A stretch of DNA of 64,000 nt from a candidate division TA06 bacterium (GTDB lineage: Bacteria; Edwardsbacteria; AC1; EtOH8). The stretch lies in NCBI GenBank assembly GCA_016235665.1, contig JACRJI010000014.1, positions 147,544 through 211,543 of the forward strand, given 5' to 3'. Every line of letters begins with the position of its first letter. The first letter of the stretch is position 1. The position numbers and the translations under genes were made by a program. Below, in pieces: positions 45,472 to 55,485 of this stretch. Below the pieces are notes generated by a model that worked only from the letters and a program-made list of their open reading frames with translations, was not told the origin of the DNA and ran no database searches.

Positions 45472-45773
45472 TATCTAACTTGATCAGGAAAAGTAGAAAG
45501 AATACAGTGGATATGGTAAAAACGCAGGTTTTGCCCGGTTATGTTCTTTTCTTTTTGTACCGCCCAAAAGCAAAGAACCAAAAGAAAAAGCTCGTCGCTT
45601 AAAACTCTCCTGGCGTTGCGCTTCTCGTAGCCGGCGGGCTTGTCTGAACTCGGGCTTTGGCCCAGCCCTCAAACAGGCCAGACAAGCTTTTAACCGCCGT
45701 CAACTGCGATGCTCACTGATCGTTTTAACGCGACAACCGGGGTTGGCACCTATTGTCTACATGTTTCCTGAGC
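45472..45773 (+). repeat. dispersed structured repeat, copy E
   Basis: TIRs ATCAGGAAA.../...TTTCCTGAG. Confidence 0.8.
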
Positions 45774-45833
45774 TGATTAGATAATCATTCAAAAGAATAG
45801 TGCCTCACAAAAATCAACAGTCATGGAGAGACG

Positions 45834-47162
45834 ATGCTTAAAAAAACGATGATCATCCTTTTGCTGTTCAGCTGCTGGACAGCGCCCTCCTTTGCCCTGG
45901 ACACTTTGGCGGTCTACGAGGACAGCCTGGCCAACGGCCTGAAGATCCTGGTGCTGGAGAAGCACGACCTGCCCATCGCCAGTTTCCAGGTCTGGTACCG
46001 GGTGGGGTCGCGCAACGAGCGGCCGGGCATCACCGGGATCTCCCACCTGCTGGAGCACATGATGTTCAAGGCCTCGGGCGGCATAGGTTCGGGAGAGTTC
46101 GCCCGGACGGTGCAGAGATACGGGGGCCACAATAATGCCTTCACTTCCGAGGACTACACCGCCTATTACGAGAACATCGCGGTGGAGTTCCTGCCCCGGA
46201 TGATGGAGATGGAGGCCGGGCGGATGCACCGGCTTAAATTAGATTCGCTGGAGTTCGAGTCGGAGCGGCAAGTGATACTGGAGGAACGCCGGCTGCGGGA
46301 GAACTCCCCCTGGGGCCGGCTGGCCGAGGAATCAGACGCCGCGGCCTTCATGGCCCATCCCTACGGCTGGCCGATCCTGGGCTGGCCCTCGGACCTGCGG
46401 GCCATCACCATCAGGGATCTGCGGGGTTACTACTCTACCTATTATGCCCCCAATAACGCCACCTGTGTGATCGTCGGAGATGTCAAACCAAGGGAAACGG
46501 TGAAATTGGTGGAGAAATATTTTGGCGGCATTCCCCGGGCCCTGCAGAGCCCTCCCGTAGTGGCCACGGCAGAGCCGGTTCAGATGGGAGAGCGCCGGGT
46601 CAGCGTGGTGCGCCAGGCCCAGACACCATTGATGTTGATAGCCTTTCACGGCTGCCGGGCCGGGGAATACGACGAGGCGGTGCTGGACCTGCTTTCGGCC
46701 GTTCTCTCCGGCGGGGAAAGCGCCCGGCTCTACCAAAGCCTGATCTACCGGCAAAAATTGGCCCTATACGCCGAGGCTTACAACGAGGCCCGGACCGACC
46801 CCGGCTTGATAAGTTTTTACGCCGCGCCCATTGCTGGGCGGACCACGGCTGAACTGGAGCAGGCCCTTTATGCCGAACTGGAACTGGTAAAGACCCAGGG
46901 GGTCACCGCCGAAGAACTGGCCAAAGCCAAAAAACAGCTTAAGGCCCAGTACATATTCTCCCGGCAGAACAATTATGTGCTGGGGAACCAGCTGGGATCC
47001 TCGGCTTCGCGCCACGGCTGGCGGGACGTCAACAACTATCTCAAATTCCTGGATAAAGTAAGAACGGAAGACATCAAACAGGCCGCAGTGAAATACCTGG
47101 CCCCGGATAACCGTACTGTGACCACGCTGGTTCCCCAAGCCGCAAAGGGGCAGGAGAAATAA
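45834..47162 (+). CDS. M16-family zinc peptidase (pitrilysin/insulinase), catalytic subunit
   Basis: signal peptide; HxxEH motif GISHLLEHMMFK. Confidence 0.8.
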   Translation: MLKKTMIILLLFSCWTAPSFALDTLAVYEDSLANGLKILVLEKHDLPIASFQVWYRVGSRNERPGITGISHLLEHMMFKASGGIGSGEFARTVQRYGGHNNAFTSEDYTAYYENIAVEFLPRMMEMEAGRMHRLKLDSLEFESERQVILEERRLRENSPWGRLAEESDAAAFMAHPYGWPILGWPSDLRAITIRDLRGYYSTYYAPNNATCVIVGDVKPRETVKLVEKYFGGIPRALQSPPVVATAEPVQMGERRVSVVRQAQTPLMLIAFHGCRAGEYDEAVLDLLSAVLSGGESARLYQSLIYRQKLALYAEAYNEARTDPGLISFYAAPIAGRTTAELEQALYAELELVKTQGVTAEELAKAKKQLKAQYIFSRQNNYVLGNQLGSSASRHGWRDVNNYLKFLDKVRTEDIKQAAVKYLAPDNRTVTTLVPQAAKGQEK

Positions 47163-47163
47163 A

Positions 47164-48516
47164 ATGAAAAAAACATTCATACTTTCGGTACTGATGCTGG
47201 CAACTCTTGCCGCCGCCCAGTCCGGCTGGCAGCCGCCCCGGCCCCAAAGAGTGGCGCTGGGCAACGGACTGGTTCTGCTGGTGGTCCCCAAGACCGGCCT
47301 GCCGCTGGTCACCGTCAGCGCCATGGTCAGGGGCGGCAGCGCTTCCGACCCCAAAGCCTTGAACGGGCTGGCCAATTTTACCGCCGAGATGCTTTCCCGG
47401 GGGACCTCATCCCGCACCGCCCGGCAGATAGCCCAGAGCTTTGACCAGTTCGGGGCCCAGTTCTCGGTCAACTGCGATTACGATGCCGCGTATTTTTCAC
47501 TGACCTGCCTGAGCCAGGACCTGGAAAAACTGCTGCCGGTATTCATGGACCTGCTGCAAAACCCCAGGATGGATTCTTCCGAGGTGGAGAGGCTGAGGGA
47601 ACAGCTGGTCACTTCCATACAGGCCCAGCAGGACCAGCCAATGTCCCTTAGCCAGGAGGCCTTTGAAAAATGGCTGTACGGCCAGCATCAGTATGATCAC
47701 CAGGTGGAGGGGGAAGAAGCCACGGTCAGCGCCATAAGATCAGGGGACCTCATCTCCTGCCACAAAAAATATTTTGTTCCCAACAATGTGGTGATCGCCA
47801 TAGTGGGAGACGTGAAACCGGGCAATATCACGGGGCTTTTCAAGAAGCTAACCAAAACCTGGACCAAGGCCGAAACTCCGGGCATATTTTACGGCCAGAT
47901 CCCCAAAATTGAAAAACCGGGACTGCTAATGATCCACCGGCCCATCACCCAGTCATATGTTGTGCTGGGGTTCCTGGGACCAAAGCGGCTTGACCCCGAT
48001 TATCAGGCGGCCCGGCTTATGAACTACATCCTGGGCGGCGGCGGGTTTGTCTCCCGTCTTTTTACCAAGATCAGGGTGCAGCAGGGCCTGGCTTACGATG
48101 TTGACGCCTATTTCTCCCCCCGGTTGGACCATGGGCCCTACACCTTTACCGTTCAGACCAAATGCCAGTCTGCCGATACCGCCATCAAGACCATGATCGC
48201 GGAAATGGAAACGATCCGGAAGGAGCCGGTCACGGATCAGGAATTGTCAGAGGCCAAGGCTTACTTCCGGGGCAGTTATCCCTTCCGCTATGAGACCAAC
48301 GGACAGATCGCCAGTCAGATCCTAGGCGCCGAGCTTTACGGATTAAGCCCCGACCAAGTGACAAAGGACCTGGAGCTGATACAGAAGGTGAGCAAGGAGG
48401 ATATCCGGCTGGCCGCCCAGCGACTGCTGAAGCCGCAGAATTACATCGTTACCATGGCCACGGACACAGCCATCACCAAGATCAGCATTCCCGGCTTGAC
48501 GGTAGAGAAAAAATAG
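47164..48516 (+). CDS. M16-family peptidase, non-catalytic partner (lacks HxxEH)
   Basis: homologous layout to the upstream M16 gene, signal peptide, 2-nt intergenic gap. Confidence 0.7.
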   Translation: MKKTFILSVLMLATLAAAQSGWQPPRPQRVALGNGLVLLVVPKTGLPLVTVSAMVRGGSASDPKALNGLANFTAEMLSRGTSSRTARQIAQSFDQFGAQFSVNCDYDAAYFSLTCLSQDLEKLLPVFMDLLQNPRMDSSEVERLREQLVTSIQAQQDQPMSLSQEAFEKWLYGQHQYDHQVEGEEATVSAIRSGDLISCHKKYFVPNNVVIAIVGDVKPGNITGLFKKLTKTWTKAETPGIFYGQIPKIEKPGLLMIHRPITQSYVVLGFLGPKRLDPDYQAARLMNYILGGGGFVSRLFTKIRVQQGLAYDVDAYFSPRLDHGPYTFTVQTKCQSADTAIKTMIAEMETIRKEPVTDQELSEAKAYFRGSYPFRYETNGQIASQILGAELYGLSPDQVTKDLELIQKVSKEDIRLAAQRLLKPQNYIVTMATDTAITKISIPGLTVEKK

Positions 48517-48523
48517 TATGATT

Positions 48524-48857
48524 ATCTAACTTGCTCAGGAAAAGTAGAAAGAATGTAGTGGATACGTTATAAACGGAGATTTAACCAGGCTATGTTCTTT
48601 TCTTTTTGTGCCGCCAACTAGAAAAGAACCAAAAGAAAAAGCTCGTCGCAAAGAACCATCCGGGCCACGCTTACGCTAAAGCTTCAGCGGGCCCGCGCTG
48701 CGCTTCTCGTTGCCCGCGGGCTTGTCTGAACTCGGGCTTCTGCCAAGCCCTCAAACAGACCAGACAAGCTTTTAACCGCCGGCAACTGTGATGCTCACTG
48801 ATGGTTCTTAACGCGACAACCGGGGTTGGGCACCGGTTGATCATGCTGTTTCCTATG
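48524..48857 (+). repeat. dispersed structured repeat, copy F
   Basis: TIRs CTCAGGAAA.../...GTTTCCTATG; stem variant GGGCTT/AAGCCC. Confidence 0.8.
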
Positions 48858-49044
48858 CTAATCGGATAGGCAGTAAAAATAGCACTAGGGGGTCTGCCCA
48901 CGAACTTCTCAGTAACAAAAAGACAGTCTCAGCATTATTGCTGAGACTGTCTTTTTCATAGAAGAATTATTTTTAGAAATCCACGAAAAAAAGTTTCCTG
49001 TCCTTCATGGTTTCCTTATAGTTTAAGGTATGGTAAGCAACCGG

Positions 49045-49557
49045 TTATTTTCCTTCTTCCCCATTGGACACCAGATCATCCAGGGTCATCTCCCGGACAG
49101 TAGGTTTTAAAATCTGTCCCATCAGCGGGTCTTTTCCGGCCGGTGAGCCCCCGCCCAGTTCATCCAAAGTGAATTCCCGGGCTCCCACCCCGATCTTGGA
49201 AGCCGGGTCGATCTCCAGCGGGGATTCAAAGCGGCGGGGGGCATCCGGCTCAACCGCCGGGGACGCGGCCGGGGATGGCGCTCCCAATTCGTCCAGCGTG
49301 AACACCCGGGCCCCCACACCGATCTTGGAGGCCGGATCGATCTCCGCCGGCGGTTCGAAACGGCGGGGGGCATCAACCTGAACAGCAGGCTGGTTCTGGC
49401 TGACCGGCTCGGCCGGGGCCTTGGCATAGTGGGTTATGCCCATGGCCTGTTCCGGTGTTTTGACAGGCTCCTTGGCTCCCGGCAGAAATTCCTTAAGCCG
49501 GCTGGCCGGGCGTTCCGATTCCAGGGCCTGTTCTATTTTTTTTAAAGCCTCGTCCAT
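49045..49557 (-). CDS. hypothetical protein with two ~45-aa internal tandem repeats
   Basis: APRRFEPPAEIDPASKIGVGARVFTLDELGAP / APRRFESPLEIDPASKIGVGAREFTLDELGGG. Confidence 0.45.
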   Translation of the reverse strand: MDEALKKIEQALESERPASRLKEFLPGAKEPVKTPEQAMGITHYAKAPAEPVSQNQPAVQVDAPRRFEPPAEIDPASKIGVGARVFTLDELGAPSPAASPAVEPDAPRRFESPLEIDPASKIGVGAREFTLDELGGGSPAGKDPLMGQILKPTVREMTLDDLVSNGEEGK

Positions 49558-49559
49558 GG

Positions 49560-50993
49560 CTAGGTCCGCTTGGCCCGGTAAATGGCGATCTTGCGCCGGG
49601 CCTCATCGTTGGTGGGCTGGACAGCCAGCACCTTCTCCCATGACTTGATGGCCAGGTCGAATTTTTCCATTTCCTCGTAGGCCGTTCCCAGATTCAGGTA
49701 AGCCAGGGAATAATCCGACTGTTTGGCGATGGCCTGGTTGAAATATTCCACCGCCTGTTGGTAATCCTTCTTGCCCTTATAAAGGCAACCCAGGTTGTTG
49801 TAGGCCTCGGGGGCCTCGGGCGATAGCTCCACCGCTTTCTTGAACTGGGCTTCGGCGCCGGAGAGCTCCCGGCGGTAGTAGAGCATCACGCCCCGGTCGT
49901 TGTTTTCCTCGGCCTGGCGCAACCGCCGTTCGTTGCCGGACTGGCGCTGTTCGTTGCGCTGGGCTTCCAGCACGGCCAGCATGGCTTCCTGAGCCTGGGC
50001 CAGCCTCTGTTCCACCGCCTCCAGATTGCCGCCGCCGCCGCCGGGCTGGGCCTGGGACAGGTTCTTTAAACCGGACTCCATCTGCTCCAAGGCCAGGGCC
50101 AGTTTGCCGGTTTGGTCCGACTGCAGGGCCAAAGCTTTCTCGGCCAGAACGGCCTGCTGTTCCTTGAGCTCCTGCTGGCCCTTGGCCAGGCTGGTTACGG
50201 CCTGGGTCAGGCTCAAATTCTGTTCCGCCTGGCGCTGGGTGTCCTCCAGCATCAGCTCCAGGATGCCGGTGAATTTTTCCTGGCTCTGGACCAGGGCCTC
50301 CTTGATGGCCGTCAATTGCGCTTCCGAACCTCCGCTTTCCGCCCGGCCGGTCAGGGCCTCCTTGATGGCATCCAGCTTGGCGCCCAGTTTGTCTCCGTCC
50401 TGGGCCTGCTGTACCTCCTGGGACGATCTTTTCTGCTGTTCCTCCAGGGTCAGTTCCAGAATGTCGCTGAACTTGGCCTGGGACATCTTAATTTCCTCGG
50501 TCAGGCCGGCCAACAGCTGGTGGATCTGGGAGAGGTCGGCCTTGGGCAGTTCTGCCAGCTTGTCGCTGATCTGGGCCAGGGGTTGTTTCAGCTCCGAGAG
50601 GTCCAAAGCCTGGCCTTCGCCGCCCTGGGCGGCCGGGGCGCTTTTGACCGCCTCGGCCAACCGGTCGATGGCCTCGTTGGTGGCGTCGGTCTTCTTTAAT
50701 ATGTGAAGCAGGGTGGCGGCGGTGTTCTCCTTGATCTCCTTGAGCTCGGCCACAACCGGACCGGCCTTGCCGCCGTCTTCAAGCGGCTCATCGGCCTTCC
50801 GCATCTTCCGGTCTATCACCGGCAGAGAGCACCTCCGGGCCTCGGCATCGAATATCTCGCACTCGGCGCCCAGGCAGTCCCGCAGTTCGGCCAGGGGGAG
50901 TTCTTTTTCCTCCAGCAGCCTGCCGTCGGCGTCGTACTTAAGCTCTTTGACCACCTGCTTGGATGTCAGGAATGGACACTTGTTCATCGGCAA
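49560..50993 (-). CDS. coiled-coil protein with C-terminal TPR domain
   Basis: long heptad-like Q/L/A/E-rich central region with repeated QALDLSELKQ-type units; C-terminal TPRs (YNNLGCLYKGKKDYQQAVEYF, AYLNLGTAYEEMEKFDLAIKSW). Confidence 0.55.
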   Translation of the reverse strand: MPMNKCPFLTSKQVVKELKYDADGRLLEEKELPLAELRDCLGAECEIFDAEARRCSLPVIDRKMRKADEPLEDGGKAGPVVAELKEIKENTAATLLHILKKTDATNEAIDRLAEAVKSAPAAQGGEGQALDLSELKQPLAQISDKLAELPKADLSQIHQLLAGLTEEIKMSQAKFSDILELTLEEQQKRSSQEVQQAQDGDKLGAKLDAIKEALTGRAESGGSEAQLTAIKEALVQSQEKFTGILELMLEDTQRQAEQNLSLTQAVTSLAKGQQELKEQQAVLAEKALALQSDQTGKLALALEQMESGLKNLSQAQPGGGGGNLEAVEQRLAQAQEAMLAVLEAQRNEQRQSGNERRLRQAEENNDRGVMLYYRRELSGAEAQFKKAVELSPEAPEAYNNLGCLYKGKKDYQQAVEYFNQAIAKQSDYSLAYLNLGTAYEEMEKFDLAIKSWEKVLAVQPTNDEARRKIAIYRAKRT

Positions 50994-51173
50994 AATTTCT
51001 CCATTATTGAAAGTTTAAGATAACATAAACTTAAGGCTAAGTCAATATGTTTTTGCAAGAATCTCCACTCAAACCGGGATTAAAGCGGCTTGAGGAAACG
51101 GGGTTGATGTTTTTCCTTGACTTTGATTAAAAGCTGGTCTAAACTTAATTTCTAAACCTTTTATGGGGGAGAG

Positions 51174-51746
51174 ATGGGGACCATAAACGATCATACCGGA
51201 GCACAGGAAAACAATGGCGGCCGGATAGTAAAAGAGATCACCATATCGAAGCTGGCCATAAATGTTTTTGCGGTATTTGCCACCCTCATCATTTTTGTGC
51301 TCTTTCTCGCCGCATGGAAAATGCTTTGGAACATGCCATATAAAAGGGGCATCCTCAAGCAGACCTATTTGTTCATATTACTGTCCTTTCCGGTTCATGA
51401 GTTGATCCATGCCCTGGGTTTTTGGTTGTTCGGCAATATTCCTTGGTCAAAAATCAAGTTCGGATTTGTGCCCAAGCTTATTGCCTTTTATGCCAATCCC
51501 CTATATCCCTTAAGCAAAACCGCCTACCTTTGGTCCGGAGCTCTGCCCGGCTTGACCATAGGTATAGTGCCGTTGCTTCTGGGTTTCATCATTGGTTCTA
51601 TGCCCCTGAGCTTTATTGGATTGATCTCTGTGATGGCGTCCACGGGGGACCTTTTCGTTATCTGGACCCTACGGGGAGTGGCTTCAAATCAGTCCGTTTT
51701 GGAGCATGCCGACCAATGCCACTTCAGCATAATAGAAAAAGCGTAA
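51174..51746 (+). CDS. membrane-embedded putative zinc metalloprotease (DUF3267-like)
   Basis: HELIH motif within predicted TM helix; four or more TM segments. Confidence 0.5.
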   Translation: MGTINDHTGAQENNGGRIVKEITISKLAINVFAVFATLIIFVLFLAAWKMLWNMPYKRGILKQTYLFILLSFPVHELIHALGFWLFGNIPWSKIKFGFVPKLIAFYANPLYPLSKTAYLWSGALPGLTIGIVPLLLGFIIGSMPLSFIGLISVMASTGDLFVIWTLRGVASNQSVLEHADQCHFSIIEKA

Positions 51747-51784
51747 ATCCTTCCCATAATCCAAGCATCTAAATAAGTAACAAC

Positions 51785-52345
51785 TTGATCTACGACGAAA
51801 ACATCCTCATAAAACAGGCCCGGGCCGGAAGCCAGAGGGCCCTGTCCCAGATAGTGAAGCACCACCAGAACGGGATCTATTCCCTGGCCCTGCGGATGCT
51901 GGGCAACCGGGAGGACGCCGAGGACGTCCTGCAGGAGACATTTCTGGCCTTTCACAAAAGCCTGCCCCGGTTCAAGGGGCTTTCCACCCTTTCCACCTAT
52001 TTCTACCGGATGGCCACCAATTTCAGCCTAATGAAACTGCGGCAGAAAAAGACCCGGCGGCCCGAGCATCACACGGTGAACCTGGAGGAAGCCTTTGAAG
52101 AACCGGACAAGAAGCCGGACCCCATGCAGAGCACCCTGAACCTGGAACTCAAGAAAAAGCTGGACGAGGCCCTGCTGGAGTTGCCGGAAAAGGAGCGGGC
52201 GGTGTTCATCCTCCGGGACGTGGAGGACCTGCCGGGGGAAGAGGTGGCTAGGGTCTTAAAGATCAGCCTGCCGGCCATGAAATCGCGTCTGCACCGGGCC
52301 CGGAACGTCTTAAGGGAAAAATTATCACCATATATCAGGGATTGA
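51785..52345 (+). CDS. ECF-subfamily RNA polymerase sigma factor (TTG start in ORF track)
   Basis: DAEDVLQETFLAFH region 2; VARVLKISLPAMKSRLHRAR region 4. Confidence 0.8.
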   Translation: MIYDENILIKQARAGSQRALSQIVKHHQNGIYSLALRMLGNREDAEDVLQETFLAFHKSLPRFKGLSTLSTYFYRMATNFSLMKLRQKKTRRPEHHTVNLEEAFEEPDKKPDPMQSTLNLELKKKLDEALLELPEKERAVFILRDVEDLPGEEVARVLKISLPAMKSRLHRARNVLREKLSPYIRD

Positions 52346-52626
52346 CCAAAATGAGCGCCGTTAAAAAAACCGAACAGAAACATCATTGCCGGGGAATGGG
52401 AACGGTGTTCTCCCAATACCTGGATAAAGAGCTGGCCCAGCAGGTCTGCCGCAAGCTGGAGAAGCACCTTAAGGACTGTCCCGACTGCCAGACCTATTTT
52501 GACACCCTTAAGAAAACTGTCACCCTGTACCGGGGCCTGGGTCCACAAAAGGTCCCGGCGGACGCTCAGCGCAGGCTGTACAAGGTCATCCGGCTGGAAG
52601 CCGGGAAAAAAGGCGCAAAAAAATGA
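52342..52626 (+). CDS. zinc-binding (zf-HC2) anti-sigma factor, soluble
   Basis: HLKDCPDC (Hx3Cx2C); overlaps sigma gene stop by 4 nt. Confidence 0.65.
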   Translation: MTKMSAVKKTEQKHHCRGMGTVFSQYLDKELAQQVCRKLEKHLKDCPDCQTYFDTLKKTVTLYRGLGPQKVPADAQRRLYKVIRLEAGKKGAKK

Positions 52627-52680
52627 ATCCCCGGCGGAGGCCCCGGCATCTAAAATTCAGATAACAAAATCAATCAATAT

Positions 52681-53025
52681 ATGAACAGGAGAGATACAAT
52701 GGCGGCGATCCATTTAACAGACGGAACCTTCGATCAGGAGGTTTTAAAATCAAATACTCCGGTGCTGGTTGACTTTTGGGCGTCCTGGTGCGGTCCCTGC
52801 CGGATGGTGGGACCGGTGATTGAAGAATTATCAAACGACTACCAAGGCAAGGTCAAGATCACCAAGCTGGATGTGGACGCCAATCCGGAAAAATCCGGAC
52901 AGTTCGGCATCCGCAGCATTCCAACAATGCTGATCTTCAAGAACGGCCAGGCCATAGACACCCTGATCGGCGCCATGCCCAAGGCGGCCATTGCAGCCCG
53001 GCTGGATGCGGCCATCACCAAGTGA
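52681..53025 (+). CDS. trxA: thioredoxin
   Basis: WASWCGPCRM active site; ~108-aa thioredoxin fold. Confidence 0.85.
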   Translation: MNRRDTMAAIHLTDGTFDQEVLKSNTPVLVDFWASWCGPCRMVGPVIEELSNDYQGKVKITKLDVDANPEKSGQFGIRSIPTMLIFKNGQAIDTLIGAMPKAAIAARLDAAITK

Positions 53026-53078
53026 TAATGGAACCAATTTCCGGCCACACCAGGCAACCATTAAATTGGAGGTTCATC

Positions 53079-53291
53079 ATGAAAAGGAACGAGAGCACAG
53101 CCGACCGGATAATACGGGCTATAATCGGGATTGCCCTGTTGGTCTTTGGATTCATAGTAACCGGAATCCTGCACTGGGTATTGCTGGCAGCAGGGATATT
53201 GGCTTTATTTACCGCCATCACCGGGTTCTGCGGGCTATACAAACTCCTGGGGATCAGTACCTATAAAGAGCAGACCCCGCCCCAGAAATAA
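53079..53291 (+). CDS. DUF2892-family small membrane protein
   Basis: RIIRAIIGIALLVFG...GILALFTAITGFCGLYKLLGIST pattern. Confidence 0.55.
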   Translation: MKRNESTADRIIRAIIGIALLVFGFIVTGILHWVLLAAGILALFTAITGFCGLYKLLGISTYKEQTPPQK

Positions 53292-53324
53292 CCACCAAAA
53301 TCAAAACCCCGTTCCTGCGAAAGG

Positions 53325-53546
53325 ATGAACATGCCCATCTACGAATACCAGTGCACTAAGTGCGGCCACAAGTTCGAAAACCTTACCAACTCCTGCTGCG
53401 CCCCCAGCCCCAAGTGCCCCAAGTGCCAGGCGGACACCGAAAAACTGATGTCCACTTTTGCCGCCTCGGTGGACGGAGGATCAGGCGGCCACGGCCATGA
53501 CGGCGGGGGAAGCTGCTGTTCCGGCGGAGGCTGCAGCTGCGGCTGA
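53325..53546 (+). CDS. FmdB-family zinc-ribbon protein with Gly/Cys-rich tail
   Basis: MPIYEYQCTKCGH...CPKCQ. Confidence 0.7.
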   Translation: MNMPIYEYQCTKCGHKFENLTNSCCAPSPKCPKCQADTEKLMSTFAASVDGGSGGHGHDGGGSCCSGGGCSCG

Positions 53547-53741
53547 AGTCCTGAAATACTGCCATGAACAAACACCGGATCAGAAGATACCTTCTATTCA
53601 TCATCTCCCTGACAGCCCTGGCGGGCTTCGGGTCCCAGATCCTCCGGGGGATCATCCACGGCACCGCTTCCCAATGCAGCGTTTCCGGGCCATGCCGGTG
53701 AAAATACCCTGAAGGAAAAAACAAAACAGGTTTTAAAATAA

Positions 53742-53939
53742 ATGATAGTCATCAGATCGGAATACTGCCCCCAGAACCACCACTGTCCCTCCCTGCGGGT
53801 CTGCCCGGCCGGGGCCATCAAGCAGGACGGGGTCAAGGCCCCGTACATCGACCAGAAAAAATGCACCGATTGCGGCCTCTGCGTCCAAAGTTGCCGGGTA
53901 TTTCAGCAGGTTGCCGCACCATCGCCGGTCAATAAATGA
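53742..53939 (+). CDS. 4Fe-4S ferredoxin-domain protein
   Basis: CTDCGLCVQSC and second partial cluster CPQNHHCPSLRVCP. Confidence 0.65.
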   Translation: MIVIRSEYCPQNHHCPSLRVCPAGAIKQDGVKAPYIDQKKCTDCGLCVQSCRVFQQVAAPSPVNK

Positions 53940-54865
53940 GAGATACAAAAAATTACGACATAGCCATTCTGGGAGCCGGTCCGGCCGGGATGACCGCCGG
54001 GCTGTATGCGGGGCGGGGCGGACTTAAGGCGGTCATTGTCGAAAAGATGATGCCCGGAGGTTTGGTGGCCAACACCGAGCGGATCGACAATTATCCCGGC
54101 TTTCCCGAAGGCATATCAGGTTTTGAGCTGGCCCAGAAAATGGAACAGCAGGCCAAAAAGTTCGGGGCCGAGATCATCTCCGCCCAGGCGGAGGAAGTCG
54201 TGCCGGAAGACAGATATCAGCTGATAAAACTCTCCGACGGAACGATCATAAAATCAAAGGTCCTGATCATCGCCACCGGCGCCTTTCCCAAGACACTGGG
54301 GGTGCGGGGCGAAAAGGAACTGCTGGGCAAGGGGGTCTCCTATTGCGCCATCTGCGACGGAGCTTTCTTCAAAAACCAGGCGGTGGCGGTGCTGGGCGGG
54401 GGCGACTCCGCGGTCCAGGAGGCGGTTTACCTGGCCGGCCTGGCCTCCAAAGTGACGGTGATCCACCGGCGCAATGTGTTAAGGGCGGCCGATTTCATCC
54501 AAAAGGTGGCCTTTGCCAATAAGAAGATAGAATTTGCCTGGAACAAGGACATCCTGGCCATCGAGGGCAGCGCCGGGGTGACGGGCATCAAGGTGATGGA
54601 CAAGCAAACTCTGGCGGAAGAGGTGATCCCGGTGACCGGGGCCTTCATCTACGTGGGCTACAAACCCAGCAGCGACCTGGTAAAGGACATTGTCAAAACG
54701 GACGAACAGGGCTACATCATCACCGACGACCGGATGGCCTCCTCAGTTCCCGGGATCTATGCCTGCGGGGACGTCCGGCAGAAGCTGGTCCGGCAGGTCT
54801 CCAGCGCGGTGGGGGACGGCGCCACCGCAGCCATAGCCGCCCAGCAGTATCTGGAATTCAAGTAA
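53936..54865 (+). CDS. trxB: thioredoxin-disulfide reductase
   Basis: FAD GxGxx[12 protein letters not shown]; redox-active CAICDG; NAD(P)H GGGDSA. Confidence 0.9.
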   Translation: MRDTKNYDIAILGAGPAGMTAGLYAGRGGLKAVIVEKMMPGGLVANTERIDNYPGFPEGISGFELAQKMEQQAKKFGAEIISAQAEEVVPEDRYQLIKLSDGTIIKSKVLIIATGAFPKTLGVRGEKELLGKGVSYCAICDGAFFKNQAVAVLGGGDSAVQEAVYLAGLASKVTVIHRRNVLRAADFIQKVAFANKKIEFAWNKDILAIEGSAGVTGIKVMDKQTLAEEVIPVTGAFIYVGYKPSSDLVKDIVKTDEQGYIITDDRMASSVPGIYACGDVRQKLVRQVSSAVGDGATAAIAAQQYLEFK

Positions 54866-54956
54866 GGGAATAGTACGCCATGTCCTAAACGCATACAACT
54901 TAATCATCAAAGTAAGGGCAATTCATGAATTGTCCCAACAGAAAAGGAGAAACATC

Positions 54957-55337
54957 ATGGCCGAAAGAAACCAGGTATACAAGTGCGAGGTCTGCGGCAA
55001 TATCGTGGAAGTGCTGCACGGAGGCAAGGGCGAGCTGGTCTGCTGCGGCAAGCCGATGAAGCTGTTCACCGAGAACACCGTGGACGCCGCCAAGGAGAAA
55101 CACCTGCCGGTGATCGAAAAAACCGCCGACGGCTGGAAGGTCAAGGTCGGCTCGGTGGCGCACCCCATGGAGGACAAGCACCACATCGAGTGGATCGCCA
55201 TCTACGGCGGGGACCGGGTCCACCGCAAGTACCTTAAGCCCGGCGACGCTCCGGAGGCCGAGTTCCTGTGCCCGGCCCAGGAGATCACCGCCAAGGAATT
55301 CTGCAACCTGCACGGCCTGTGGTCAGCCAAGGGATGA
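54957..55337 (+). CDS. dfx: desulfoferrodoxin (superoxide reductase, 2Fe type)
   Basis: N-terminal desulforedoxin CEVCGN...CCG; C-terminal neelaredoxin domain with HHIEW; RBS AAAGGAG. Confidence 0.85.
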   Translation: MAERNQVYKCEVCGNIVEVLHGGKGELVCCGKPMKLFTENTVDAAKEKHLPVIEKTADGWKVKVGSVAHPMEDKHHIEWIAIYGGDRVHRKYLKPGDAPEAEFLCPAQEITAKEFCNLHGLWSAKG

Positions 55338-55485
55338 CCATCAACGGGTTATTCTGAGGATAGCTTCCCGCCTTGCTTCCGAAGAATCTTCCTGAACATT
55401 GTTAGATCCTTCGAGGACCAAGAGAGTTGCCAAACACAGGATGACGAATTGCGAATAACAAAGTAAATATAGAGAAGGAAAACAA

